Shown: piece after piece, positions 1 through 8,119 of the stretch
Position numbering within the stretch: position 1 is the first letter of the stretch
How the letters are laid out: each line of letters starts with the position of its first letter
From: an uncultured Christensenella sp.
GTDB lineage: Bacteria > Bacillota > Clostridia > Christensenellales > Borkfalkiaceae
Length of the DNA: 64,000 bases
Direction: 5' to 3'
Assembly (NCBI GenBank): GCA_910578065.1
Contig: CAJTPB010000009.1
Span: 17,149-81,148, forward strand
The notes under the pieces: model-generated
The model's database searches: none
What the model was told of the DNA's origin: nothing
What the model saw: only the letters and a program-made list of their open reading frames with translations
Position numbers and translations under genes: made by a program

Positions 1-8
1 CGGGGCTT

Positions 9-1127
9 ATGGCGGTATTCGTAATTGCCCGCCTTGTGTTCGAACTGATCGGACATCCCGAACGGCGGAAACTTCCCCGCTTGGCATTCGGCTTTCTCGC
101 GCTCGGCGTTTCGTATGTGCTCGGCGGCGCGTTCAGCGGGTATTACGGAATCAAAACCGTTTTGTTCGGGTTAACGCAAATTCTTTCGCTTTCGTTTTTC
201 TACTTTTATTTCTTTTACGCGATCGATTGGCAAAAGGCGAAAAAAGAGCATTTTGCAAAGGTATTTACGGCGATCGGCTGTGGAATCGTACTCGAAATCG
301 TCGGGATGTACTTTCTTCCCGGCGTTGTGGGGGGAAACGGCGAAATCAACCGCGGCGAGCTTGTTACCGGTTGGGGAATGTACAATAACGTCGGCTGCAT
401 TATGGCAATGTGTTTGCCCGCGCCTTTCTATTTTGCCATTCGCGAAAAATGCGGATGGGCGTTCAATATTCTCGGCAACGTGTTTTTGCTTGCGGTTATG
501 CTTACGCAAAGCCGTAACTCCATATTATTCGGCGGGATCATCTACGTCGGATGCGCCGTTTTCGTTTTATGGAAAACAGAGGGGCGCGCGCGTTTACACC
601 ACATAATCGTGTATTCGGGGGTCGCCGTTGCGGGGATCGTTACCGCAATCGTCTTGCGGGAAGAAATCGGCGACTTGTTTGCTTCGTTGATTTACGTCGG
701 CACAAGCAATAACGGCAGATGGGAAATTTATAAAAAGGGAATCGAGCAGTTTTTAAAGTATCCTATTTTCGGAAACGGTTTTTACGAATGCCATGCCTTT
801 CAGTGGGGAAGTTTGCCGTCGGGCAGTTTTCTTCCGCCCCGTTATCACAATACATACGTGCAGTTGCTTGCCAGCGGCGGGGTTGCCGCACTTGCGGCTT
901 ATGCGTATCATAGAGTACAAACGGCTTTGCTGTTTTTCCGCAAGCTTAATCTCGAAAAAATATTTATCGGATTCAGCGTGCTTGTGTTAATTACAACCAG
1001 CTTTTTCGACTGCCATTTCTTCAATTTCGGACCGGGGCTTCTGTATGCCTGCCTGTTGGTTATGGCGGAAAAAATGGACGTTGAACAAGAAGAACGTCCT
1101 GCGCAATTACAAACGGAAAACGGCTGA
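9..1127 (+). CDS. O-antigen ligase/polymerase-like (Wzy_C-type) polytopic membrane protein. The frame is open to the window edge, so the start may lie upstream.
   Basis: 372-aa ORF with many hydrophobic segments. The loop motif NNGRWEIYKKGIEQFLKYPIFGNGF is typical of the O-antigen ligase family. Confidence 0.6.
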   Translation: MAVFVIARLVFELIGHPERRKLPRLAFGFLALGVSYVLGGAFSGYYGIKTVLFGLTQILSLSFFYFYFFYAIDWQKAKKEHFAKVFTAIGCGIVLEIVGMYFLPGVVGGNGEINRGELVTGWGMYNNVGCIMAMCLPAPFYFAIREKCGWAFNILGNVFLLAVMLTQSRNSILFGGIIYVGCAVFVLWKTEGRARLHHIIVYSGVAVAGIVTAIVLREEIGDLFASLIYVGTSNNGRWEIYKKGIEQFLKYPIFGNGFYECHAFQWGSLPSGSFLPPRYHNTYVQLLASGGVAALAAYAYHRVQTALLFFRKLNLEKIFIGFSVLVLITTSFFDCHFFNFGPGLLYACLLVMAEKMDVEQEERPAQLQTENG

Positions 1128-1216
1128 AAATTAACCTTTTATGTATATCCTTTTAATTAGTTGCGGCGAAAACGGAAGTTGAACAAGAGGAACGTCCTGC
1201 GCAATTACAAACGGAA

Positions 1217-1242
1217 AACGGCTGAAAATCAGCCGTTTTTTT
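1217..1242 (+). terminator. Rho-independent terminator after the O-antigen ligase-like gene
   Basis: CGGCTGA-AAA-TCAGCCG hairpin followed by T7. Confidence 0.7.
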
Positions 1243-1495
1243 ATGTATAGTAAAACCCCCCGAAACTCGCGTTCCAAGGGGTTCTACTATATGATAAGGG
1301 GGAAAATGATGAGTAATTTGAAGATCTTGCGAACGCTCCGTTCGTTTGATCGTGCTTTTATTATAATCGCCCGAGGCAAAAAAGTAAAATAATTTTCTAT
1401 CATTTTTTAGAAAATTTATAATCTTTTTCATTGTTACAAAACATGAAAAAAATTTTCATTTTAACAAAAAATTCGTTTTATTTTTAACAATTCCA

Positions 1496-2008
1496 CTAAA
1501 ACAGGCGGCATAAAAGGCAGCCTAAAATTACGGTTAAAAAGTTTACGATAAGCGCGATAAAAACGGGCTTAAACAATTTTTTTTGTTTGACACCCGCAAA
1601 GTATACGGCGGATATGTAAAACACCGTTTCGCTCGAACCGTAACACACGCAGGCGCATCTGCCGATATAGCTTTCCGCGCCGTAAGAAGAAAGTATTTCC
1701 GAAAGGAGCGCGGTAGAGCCGCTCCCCGAAAAGGGCTTCATTAAAACGAGTTTGGAAATTTCGGGCGGAATTCCGATCGCGCGGAAAAAGGGGGCAAGCG
1801 CGTTTGTTAAATATCCCGAAAGCCCGCTTTGCTCGAACAGATCCGAGAGCATTAAAATGGCGGCAAGGTAAGGGAACAGCGAAAGCACAAGGGGGATCGC
1901 TTCTTTTACGCCGTCGGTAAAGCAATCGTACAGCTTGACCCGTTTGATAAGAGCATAGGTAAACAGCGCCAAAAATAACAGGGGAATGATAAGGGGCAGA
2001 TATTTCAT
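1496..2008 (-). CDS. spmB: Spore maturation protein B (nucleoside-recognition/Gate domain membrane protein)
   Basis: Starts at MKYLPLIIPLL (ATG at 2008), inside the longer listed ORF. It overlaps the spmA stop by 4 nt. Sequence SGSGSTALLSEILSSYG. Confidence 0.8.
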   Translation of the reverse strand: MKYLPLIIPLLFLALFTYALIKRVKLYDCFTDGVKEAIPLVLSLFPYLAAILMLSDLFEQSGLSGYLTNALAPFFRAIGIPPEISKLVLMKPFSGSGSTALLSEILSSYGAESYIGRCACVCYGSSETVFYISAVYFAGVKQKKLFKPVFIALIVNFLTVILGCLLCRLF

Positions 2009-2550
2009 CGTCTTACAAAAAGGCGCACGGCTAGCGCGCCCAACAGGGTAGAAACCGCCGTTGCGATCAGCGTAGGCAGCAGAATGTCCGCGGGCGAACC
2101 TGCGCCGTATTCCGCGCGCAGGGCGATTACGGTAGTGGGCAAAAGCTGCAAACTTGTCGCATTCAAAACAAACAGCATGGCGCTCGCGTACGAATTTCCC
2201 TTTGCGCAAAAGCGTTCGGTCGCCTTTACGCCCAAAGGAGTGGGCGCGCCGGGAAGCCCCAACAGATTGGCGGAAAGGTTGCAGCTTGCAAGCATGACCG
2301 CCTCTTTATCGTTCGAGCGGAACAACCGCTTTGCCAACGGATAAACGGCGCGGGAAAGTTTTGCGGAAAGCCCGCTTTGTTCCATTACTTTAAAAAAGCC
2401 CAGCCATACGCAGTATACGGCGAGCAGAGAAAGGGAAAGCGTTGCGGCTTTCTGTCCGCCCGAAAGAAGCGCAGGCAAAAAGCCGTTCGGATCCATACAT
2501 AAAAACAATAGGGCGGAAATTAAAAATACAACCGCAAAAATACCGTTCAC
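2005..2550 (-). CDS. spmA: Spore maturation protein A
   Basis: 181-aa membrane ORF (MNGIFAVVFLISALLFL...) paired with spmB in the usual spmA-spmB order. Confidence 0.8.
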   Translation of the reverse strand: MNGIFAVVFLISALLFLCMDPNGFLPALLSGGQKAATLSLSLLAVYCVWLGFFKVMEQSGLSAKLSRAVYPLAKRLFRSNDKEAVMLASCNLSANLLGLPGAPTPLGVKATERFCAKGNSYASAMLFVLNATSLQLLPTTVIALRAEYGAGSPADILLPTLIATAVSTLLGALAVRLFVRR

Positions 2551-2653
2551 GGTTTATTGTATGTGCGCCGCGCCGCGAATATGAAGCCGCTTGTCCTTTA
2601 AAAGCAAGTTCGAACGCCTTGCGCACAAAAAGGTGCGGCGATTAAAAAAGGGC

Positions 2654-2905
2654 GCGGTGAATAAACTTGTATCGATTAAAAAATACAAAGGGAATGACTT
2701 GCTTGATGCCGTTGCATAAAAAAAATCGGCGCAAAGTGTGCTGCCGAGCGGGGGGATAATAAAAATAAATTTGATAAAAGCAGCGGTGAATAAACTTGTA
2801 TCGATTAAAAAATGCAGAGGGAATGACTTGCTTGATGCCGTTGCATAAATATCAACGCAAAATGGACTGCCGAGTAGGGGATAAAAACAAAAAAAATTTT
2901 TCATT
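2654..2905. repeat. Tandem duplication, 2 x ~129 bp, in the divergent intergenic region
   Basis: GCGGTGAATAAACTTGTATCGATTAAAAAAT.CA.AGGGAATGACTTGCTTGATGCCGTTGCATAAA occurs at 2654 and 2783, and the following ~60 bp are also similar. Confidence 0.8.
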
Positions 2906-2913
2906 CAAAAAAC

Positions 2914-2940
2914 TTGACGGGGGGGGGTAGGTGGTATACT
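2914..2940 (+). promoter_or_regulatory. Sigma-A-type promoter of the LRR lipoprotein gene, with a G9 tract in the spacer
   Basis: TTGACG (2914-2919), then a 15-nt spacer containing G9 (2919-2927), then the extended -10 TGgTATACT (2932-2940). Confidence 0.6.
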
Positions 2941-3036
2941 GAAATTGAAAAAATGGAATTTGCGAACAGATATAAAAAATACGGCGCGTAAATTTGTATT
3001 TACCGCCGTATGGAAAATAAAAGGAGGCTGTACGAT

Positions 3037-4815
3037 ATGAAAGGAAAATTAACGTTAATTTCCGCATTGTCGCTGTGCGCGTTCGCGGGCGCGCTTGCCG
3101 CATGCGGAGAAACCGCTTCGGAACGCGAAGGGTATACCCTTGCCGCGGCGTATGCGAAAGCGGCGGATTTGGGCTACAGCGGATCGGAAGAAGCGTTTTA
3201 TACGCGGCTTTCGGCGGCGGGGAGCGATACGATTGCATCGGTGGAATTAAACGGAGAAAACGAAGTGATCGTAACGCTTGCGGACGGCACCCGGTATTCG
3301 CTGGGTAAAATTGCATGCGAGCACGCATATTCCCGGTGGCAAACGGGCGCGGCTGCTACCTGTACCTCGCTGGGGTACGATTTTCGCGAGTGCCTTCTCT
3401 GCGGCGATAAAGATTATGACTTTAAAGAGGCGACCGGGCACATGGCGGACGAATACGTGTGCGATCAATCGAGCCATGCCTACGCCTGCGTTTATTGCGG
3501 CGCTTATATGTGGGAGGAACATGCTTTCGACGAGGAGAAAACGTGTACGGCGTGCGGATACGTTGCCGATTACAGTGTGGGGCTTACATACAAATATCTG
3601 CCCGAAACAAACTCGTACGCGGTTGCCGCAACAGGCGCTTGCAAAGACGACGTTATCATTGTGCCTTCGCAGTACAAAAATCGCTCTGTAACGGAAATCG
3701 CGGCGGGTGCGTTTAGCAACGCGCATTTTGTGACGGAGATTGTTTTGCCCGATACAATTACGGAAATAGGAGAGCGGGCGTTTGAAATGTGCGAACGTTT
3801 GCAGAAGATTGCAATTCCGGAAGGGGTTACGGTGATTCGCAGAAGAGTTTTTGCGATGGATCGCGCGCTCGAACACGTAACGCTTCCGCATACCGTTAAA
3901 ACGATCGAAATGCAAGCGTTTGTATTTTGCGCCTCGCTCACCGAATTTACTTTGCCCGATGCAATCACGGAAATAGGGAGCGGAGCGTTTGCAGGGTGCC
4001 GAAATCTAACAAAAATCAATTTGCCGCAATCGCTGCAAACGATTGAAACGCAAGCGTTTGTAGTGTGCGGTTTAACGGAACTCGAACTGCCCGCAGGACT
4101 AAAAACGATTGGAAGCAACGCTTTTCGGTCAAACAACTTTCGGCGCGTGGAAATTCCGCAAGGAATTACCGTAATAGAAGAAAATGTGTTCTATGGGTGC
4201 AATAACTTAGAAGAGGTCGTTTTACCTGCGAATATAACGGAAATAAAACAACGTGCGTTTAACAATTGCCGCGCTTTGCGGCAAATTACCTTCCCGCAAG
4301 GGCTGCGCACGATCGGCAGATATGCGTTTGCGTCAAGCGGACTTACAAGCGTCGCCTTTCCCGCAAGCGTGACTGAAATCGGCGAGGGCGCGTTCAGCCA
4401 TTGCAAATTAACGCAACTCGAACTTCCCGCAACGATAACGTCTGTTAAAAGCGATGCGTTTGCCAATAATCAATCGCTTACAAGGGTAACGGTCGGCTGT
4501 TCGGCGGCGGGCAGCGGAATATTTGCAAATTGCAAAAACCTTGCTTCGGTCGTGCTGGCGGAGGGGATAAGCGTGCTTTCCGCCGGAATGTTCTACGGGT
4601 GCGAATCGCTTACCGAGCTTGTAATACCGCAGTCGGTCGCAACCGTTCAAACGCACGCGCTGTTTGGCTGCCTGCAATTAAAACAAATTGTTTTTCGGGG
4701 AACGGCGGAAGAGTGGAAAACGATCGAAAAAGAAAGCGAGTGGATCCGTAAAGATAATATCATTTCCGATTTAAGCATCGTTTGTTCGGATAAAACGCTC
4801 GAATACATTTGGTAA
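3037..4815 (+). CDS. BspA-type leucine-rich-repeat (LRR_5) surface lipoprotein with an N-terminal Cys-rich region
   Basis: AGGAGG RBS before the ATG at 3037. Signal peptide plus lipobox LAAC. Many repeats of the form xIxIPxxVTxIGxxAFxxCxxL. Confidence 0.8.
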   Translation: MKGKLTLISALSLCAFAGALAACGETASEREGYTLAAAYAKAADLGYSGSEEAFYTRLSAAGSDTIASVELNGENEVIVTLADGTRYSLGKIACEHAYSRWQTGAAATCTSLGYDFRECLLCGDKDYDFKEATGHMADEYVCDQSSHAYACVYCGAYMWEEHAFDEEKTCTACGYVADYSVGLTYKYLPETNSYAVAATGACKDDVIIVPSQYKNRSVTEIAAGAFSNAHFVTEIVLPDTITEIGERAFEMCERLQKIAIPEGVTVIRRRVFAMDRALEHVTLPHTVKTIEMQAFVFCASLTEFTLPDAITEIGSGAFAGCRNLTKINLPQSLQTIETQAFVVCGLTELELPAGLKTIGSNAFRSNNFRRVEIPQGITVIEENVFYGCNNLEEVVLPANITEIKQRAFNNCRALRQITFPQGLRTIGRYAFASSGLTSVAFPASVTEIGEGAFSHCKLTQLELPATITSVKSDAFANNQSLTRVTVGCSAAGSGIFANCKNLASVVLAEGISVLSAGMFYGCESLTELVIPQSVATVQTHALFGCLQLKQIVFRGTAEEWKTIEKESEWIRKDNIISDLSIVCSDKTLEYIW

Positions 4816-4822
4816 CAAAAAT

Positions 4823-4849
4823 AGCGGCGGACCTAAAAAGTCCGCCGCT
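4823..4849. terminator. Bidirectional terminator shared by the convergent LRR genes
   Basis: AGCGGCGGAC-CTAAAAA-GTCCGCCGCT, a 10-bp stem flanked by A-rich and T-rich runs. Confidence 0.75.
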
Positions 4850-4860
4850 GATTTGTTTAA

Positions 4861-6549
4861 TCAATTTTCCATTTGATACCATTCGCAATGCAAATATTCG
4901 CTTTGCAAATTCGCTGCGTTGGTTTCGGGGTTTGTTACGTCGATCTGGTCTGCTTGTTGGGAGCCGTATTGAATATACCAATTTGCCGTATCGGCAAAGG
5001 TAATTTTTTCAAGTTGAAACCCTTTAAACGCATAGGCATGAATGGCGTAAGCGCTTCCGTTTACGGCTGCGGGAAGGGTAATTTGTTTTTCGCTTCCGAT
5101 ATACCGCATGAAACTGTAATTGCCGTCGGCATCTTTCCAGAACAAGAAATCGCCTACTTTTTCTACTGCGCTGCCGTCCGCTTCGGTTAAGATTTCCAAA
5201 TAATCGGAAAAATAGTATTTGCCGATTTTCTCGTTGATCTGCGCATTGGTGAAAGAGGTTTTGTTGATCACTCTTATAAGCGTGCGGTTTGCGTGAAAAA
5301 GGTAATTGCCCAGCGTTTCAATGCTTTGTGGCAAGGTAACTTCTACCAGCGCGTTTTGTTCGAACGCGTTGTCGCCGATTGTCTTTAATCCTTCCGAAAA
5401 AGCTGCCGAATAAATATTTCCGCCTTGGGCGAACGCGTATTCGCCGATTTCCGTTACGGAAGAGGGGATCTCTACTTCGGTAATCTTATCGTAGCGGAAA
5501 AATGCGTATTGACTGATTTTGCTTGTTCCTTCGGGAATCGTCAGCTTTCCTTCTACCAATTTTCCGTCGATGAAAAGTTCGCAGTTTTCGCTTTCGTTAA
5601 AGCTGTAAAGCGGGGTAGAACCGACGTTTTCCAACTCGATTTCGCACCAATTTTTTAACGTGCCCTCGAAAATCACTTTATTTAATTTCGGAAAGGCGAG
5701 CGCGCCTTTTTTGCTCCGTTTCAGCGTTGCGGGCAGCGTAATGCAGGTTACGTTGTACATTTGGGAATTGTAGTAAAAATTTTCGGGAATTTCTTCCGCG
5801 TGCAAAAGAGTAAGCGCTTTGGGCGATTCGCTAAAAATGCTATCCAACACGACGTTTACGGTTGCGGAATAGTGATCGAGTTTGCAATTGATAAAAACAC
5901 CTTCGTCTAACGTGGCGGAATCGGCGTTTATCGTAATGCTTTTTAAAGCGCTGCAATCGCCGAATGTCTGAACGCCCAGCGTTAAACGCTCTTCTCCCAT
6001 AAATTGTACCGATTCGAGCGCGATGCAATCGTCGAAAACCATATCGCCGAGTACGGCGTTTCCGTTTACCGTCGCCGTTTTTAAATACTTATTTTCCGCA
6101 AAGGCAGAACTTTCGATATCGGTAACGTGCGCGGGAAGGGCGATCGTTTCCAATCCGGTATTTCGAAAGGCGGAAGATTCGATTTTGGTAATGTTTTTTC
6201 CCCAATTCACCGTTTTCAAATTCTCGCAATCTTGAAACGCGCTCGAGGCAACGATTTTGATATTGTCGGAAAAAGTTACGCTTTTAATTCCCGTTTCTTC
6301 AAATGCTCCGGTGCTGATTTCGGTAACCGGTTTTCCCTTGTACTCTGCGGGAATGACAAGATCTGCGTTTTCCCACATATCTTTGTATTCCGAATCAACA
6401 GCGACGCAATAAGAAAGTCCGTCGTCCGATTTCCAGTAATAAAATCCTTTCCCTTCGTCCGAATCGTCGCCGCATGCGGCAAGCGTGCCCATCGCCGCAA
6501 ACAATGCGGAAGCGGTAAGCAGGGTAAAAATTACGTTATGCTTTTTCAT
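4861..6549 (-). CDS. BspA-type leucine-rich-repeat surface lipoprotein (second paralog)
   Basis: GGGAGG RBS and ATG at 6549 (MKKHNVIFTLLTASALFAAMGTLAACGDD, lipobox LAAC), followed by LRR_5-like repeats. Confidence 0.8.
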   Translation of the reverse strand: MKKHNVIFTLLTASALFAAMGTLAACGDDSDEGKGFYYWKSDDGLSYCVAVDSEYKDMWENADLVIPAEYKGKPVTEISTGAFEETGIKSVTFSDNIKIVASSAFQDCENLKTVNWGKNITKIESSAFRNTGLETIALPAHVTDIESSAFAENKYLKTATVNGNAVLGDMVFDDCIALESVQFMGEERLTLGVQTFGDCSALKSITINADSATLDEGVFINCKLDHYSATVNVVLDSIFSESPKALTLLHAEEIPENFYYNSQMYNVTCITLPATLKRSKKGALAFPKLNKVIFEGTLKNWCEIELENVGSTPLYSFNESENCELFIDGKLVEGKLTIPEGTSKISQYAFFRYDKITEVEIPSSVTEIGEYAFAQGGNIYSAAFSEGLKTIGDNAFEQNALVEVTLPQSIETLGNYLFHANRTLIRVINKTSFTNAQINEKIGKYYFSDYLEILTEADGSAVEKVGDFLFWKDADGNYSFMRYIGSEKQITLPAAVNGSAYAIHAYAFKGFQLEKITFADTANWYIQYGSQQADQIDVTNPETNAANLQSEYLHCEWYQMEN

Positions 6550-6618
6550 GTTTTCCTCCCGAAAAAATGGTTTTTCATGCCCTTGCATATGCAATGCAAC
6601 GGGCGTTTTACGTAACAT

Positions 6619-6645
6619 ATTTTATCACCCCCCCCCGGCTGTCAA
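6619..6645 (-). promoter_or_regulatory. Promoter of the second LRR lipoprotein gene, with a G9 tract in the spacer
   Basis: On the minus strand: TTGACA (6645-6640), a 15-nt spacer containing G9 (C9 on the + strand, 6628-6636), then the extended -10 TGaTAAAAT (6627-6619). Confidence 0.55.
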
Positions 6646-6700
6646 GCGATTGCGCGCGTTTTTTTAAGGTTTCAATGCGCGCGGCGGAATATTTTTACGC

Positions 6701-6747
6701 AAAAAAAATCCCCGTTCGAAAATATTCCCGAACGGGGATTTTTTTTT
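6701..6747. terminator. Bidirectional terminator
   Basis: A8-TCCCCGTTCG...CGAACGGGGA-T9. Confidence 0.7.
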
Positions 6748-6827
6748 GCGTGCCGGTCATGTGCGGCGCGGAATATCCGTTTGCGATCGCTTACGGGCGC
6801 GCCGTTAAGATCGCAAAATTACGGCGC

Positions 6828-7067
6828 TTACCCTTCGTAACGGTCGAGATTAGCGCGGATCGCTTCGATAAGCCGCTTTTCCGCCGCGACTTTCGTGTTT
6901 CTTGCAACCTTCGTGCAAACGCACGTGCCGTAAAGTTTTGCAAGGTCGTCTACAAGGTTTTTAAGGTGTACGGTGTCGAGAATGTTGGTCGAACCGCAAA
7001 TCTCTTCATCCGTAAGCGGTGCGGGCGCCGCCGCAGGCGTTGCTGTGTTCGTGTTGTTCTTTTCCAT
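6828..7067 (-). CDS. Small hypothetical protein (79 aa). N-terminus is Thr/Ala/Pro-rich; C-terminal half looks helical and contains CxC.
   Basis: ORF preceded by TAGGAG-N9-ATG and followed by the 6701-6747 terminator. No family recognised. Confidence 0.5.
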   Translation of the reverse strand: MEKNNTNTATPAAAPAPLTDEEICGSTNILDTVHLKNLVDDLAKLYGTCVCTKVARNTKVAAEKRLIEAIRANLDRYEG

Positions 7068-7317
7068 AACAAAATACTCCTATAAAATGATTTTTTTGTC
7101 CCTGTTTGCATAAGCCGTTTTTCGGACAAGGCGTTCTGCCCTGCGCGCAGCGGTTGCAGCTCGATCGAGCTTTTATCCTATCATACGTTCGAAGCGGCGT
7201 AAAAATACATATTCTTTCATAAAAAAGGAAGCGGGCGGTTTACGGATAGAATATGAAAAGCCGTACGCTATATCGTACGCGCGGCGGGGGAAAAGTGTTC
7301 GGCGGGGGAAAATTTGC

Positions 7318-7346
7318 TTGACATCCGATTGTGCGGCGCATATAAT
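7318..7346 (+). promoter_or_regulatory. Consensus sigma-A promoter driving the leader upstream of the GNAT gene
   Basis: TTGACA (7318-7323), 17 nt, TATAAT (7341-7346). Confidence 0.65.
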
Positions 7347-7450
7347 AAAAGCATGAAACGCGCAAACGCAACGTTAAACGAAATGATGCAAGTCGTATTC
7401 GATCGCATACGATAGGTGTTTCGCGCGGAAAGGACAAGGCAAAAAAACGG

Positions 7451-7480
7451 CGGTCTTCCTGCGGGAAGACCGTTTTTATT
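7451..7480 (+). terminator. Intrinsic terminator (candidate attenuator) immediately upstream of the GNAT RBS
   Basis: CGGTCTTCC-TGCG-GGAAGACCG followed by TTTTTATT. The GGAGG RBS starts 2 nt later. Confidence 0.7.
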
Positions 7481-7491
7481 TGGAGGAAATT

Positions 7492-8052
7492 ATGGAACAT
7501 ACAGGAAGCAGACCGCTGCAAACAAAAAGGCTTTTGCTGCGCCCCTTTTGCGAAGAGGACGCGCAGGCTATGTTCCGCAACTGGGCAAGCGACGGCGAAG
7601 TGACAAAATATCTTACTTGGACGCCGCACGAAAACGCGGAACAAACGCGCGCCATTTTAAAAATGTGGCAGGCGGAAGCAAAAAATGCCGACTGCTATCA
7701 TTGGGCGATCGTTTTCGGCGGCGAAGCGATAGGCGATATTTCCGTTGTATTTGCCGACGTACACAACGAACGCGGGGTAATCGGCTACTGCCTTTCCCGC
7801 AAGTTTTGGGGGCGCGGGTTAATGACGGAGGCGTTAAGCGAGGTAACGCGCTATTTGTTCGAAGAAGCGGGTTTTTTCCGTTTGGAAGCAATGTATTCCG
7901 CGCGCAATCCCGCTTCGGGTAGGGTAATGGAAAAGTGCGGTTATTTGTACGAAGGAACGTTCCGCAAACATTTCAAATTGCTTTCCACGGGGGAACGGAC
8001 GGATATCGTTCAGCGGGCGATCTTGCGCGAAGATTATTTTGCACGAAAATAA
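7492..8052 (+). CDS. GNAT family N-acetyltransferase (RimJ/RimL-like, Acetyltransf_3 type)
   Basis: GGAGG-N6-ATG at 7492. LQTKRLLLRPFCEEDAQAMFRNWASD... and GYCLSRKFWGRGLMTEA are typical of the family. Confidence 0.85.
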   Translation: MEHTGSRPLQTKRLLLRPFCEEDAQAMFRNWASDGEVTKYLTWTPHENAEQTRAILKMWQAEAKNADCYHWAIVFGGEAIGDISVVFADVHNERGVIGYCLSRKFWGRGLMTEALSEVTRYLFEEAGFFRLEAMYSARNPASGRVMEKCGYLYEGTFRKHFKLLSTGERTDIVQRAILREDYFARK

Positions 8053-8119
8053 TTTTACTTTTTTTGCGCTGTCTGTTATAATAGAACACGTATTACGCGA
8101 ACAAAAAAGAGGAACTCAT

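Noticed and set aside
1306-1392. A possible 28-aa ORF (MMSNLKILRTLRSFDRAFIIIARGKKVK) behind an AAGGGGGAAA RBS-like sequence
   Set aside because: It is too short and unrecognised to call from sequence alone. It could be real, but I have no supporting evidence beyond an RBS-like purine run.
2554-2904. A 116-aa minus-strand ORF with an internal repeat
   Set aside because: It is generated by the 129-bp tandem duplication in an AT-rich intergenic region. It has no RBS and overlaps promoter elements.
7240-7644. A 134-aa minus-strand ORF overlapping the GNAT leader
   Set aside because: It runs antisense through a consensus promoter, a terminator and the 5' end of the GNAT CDS. It has no RBS and no recognisable family.
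8053-8119. A T-box or other leader upstream of metG
   Set aside because: Only ~65 nt separate the GNAT stop from the metG ATG. This is too short for a T-box, and there is no specifier/terminator architecture.
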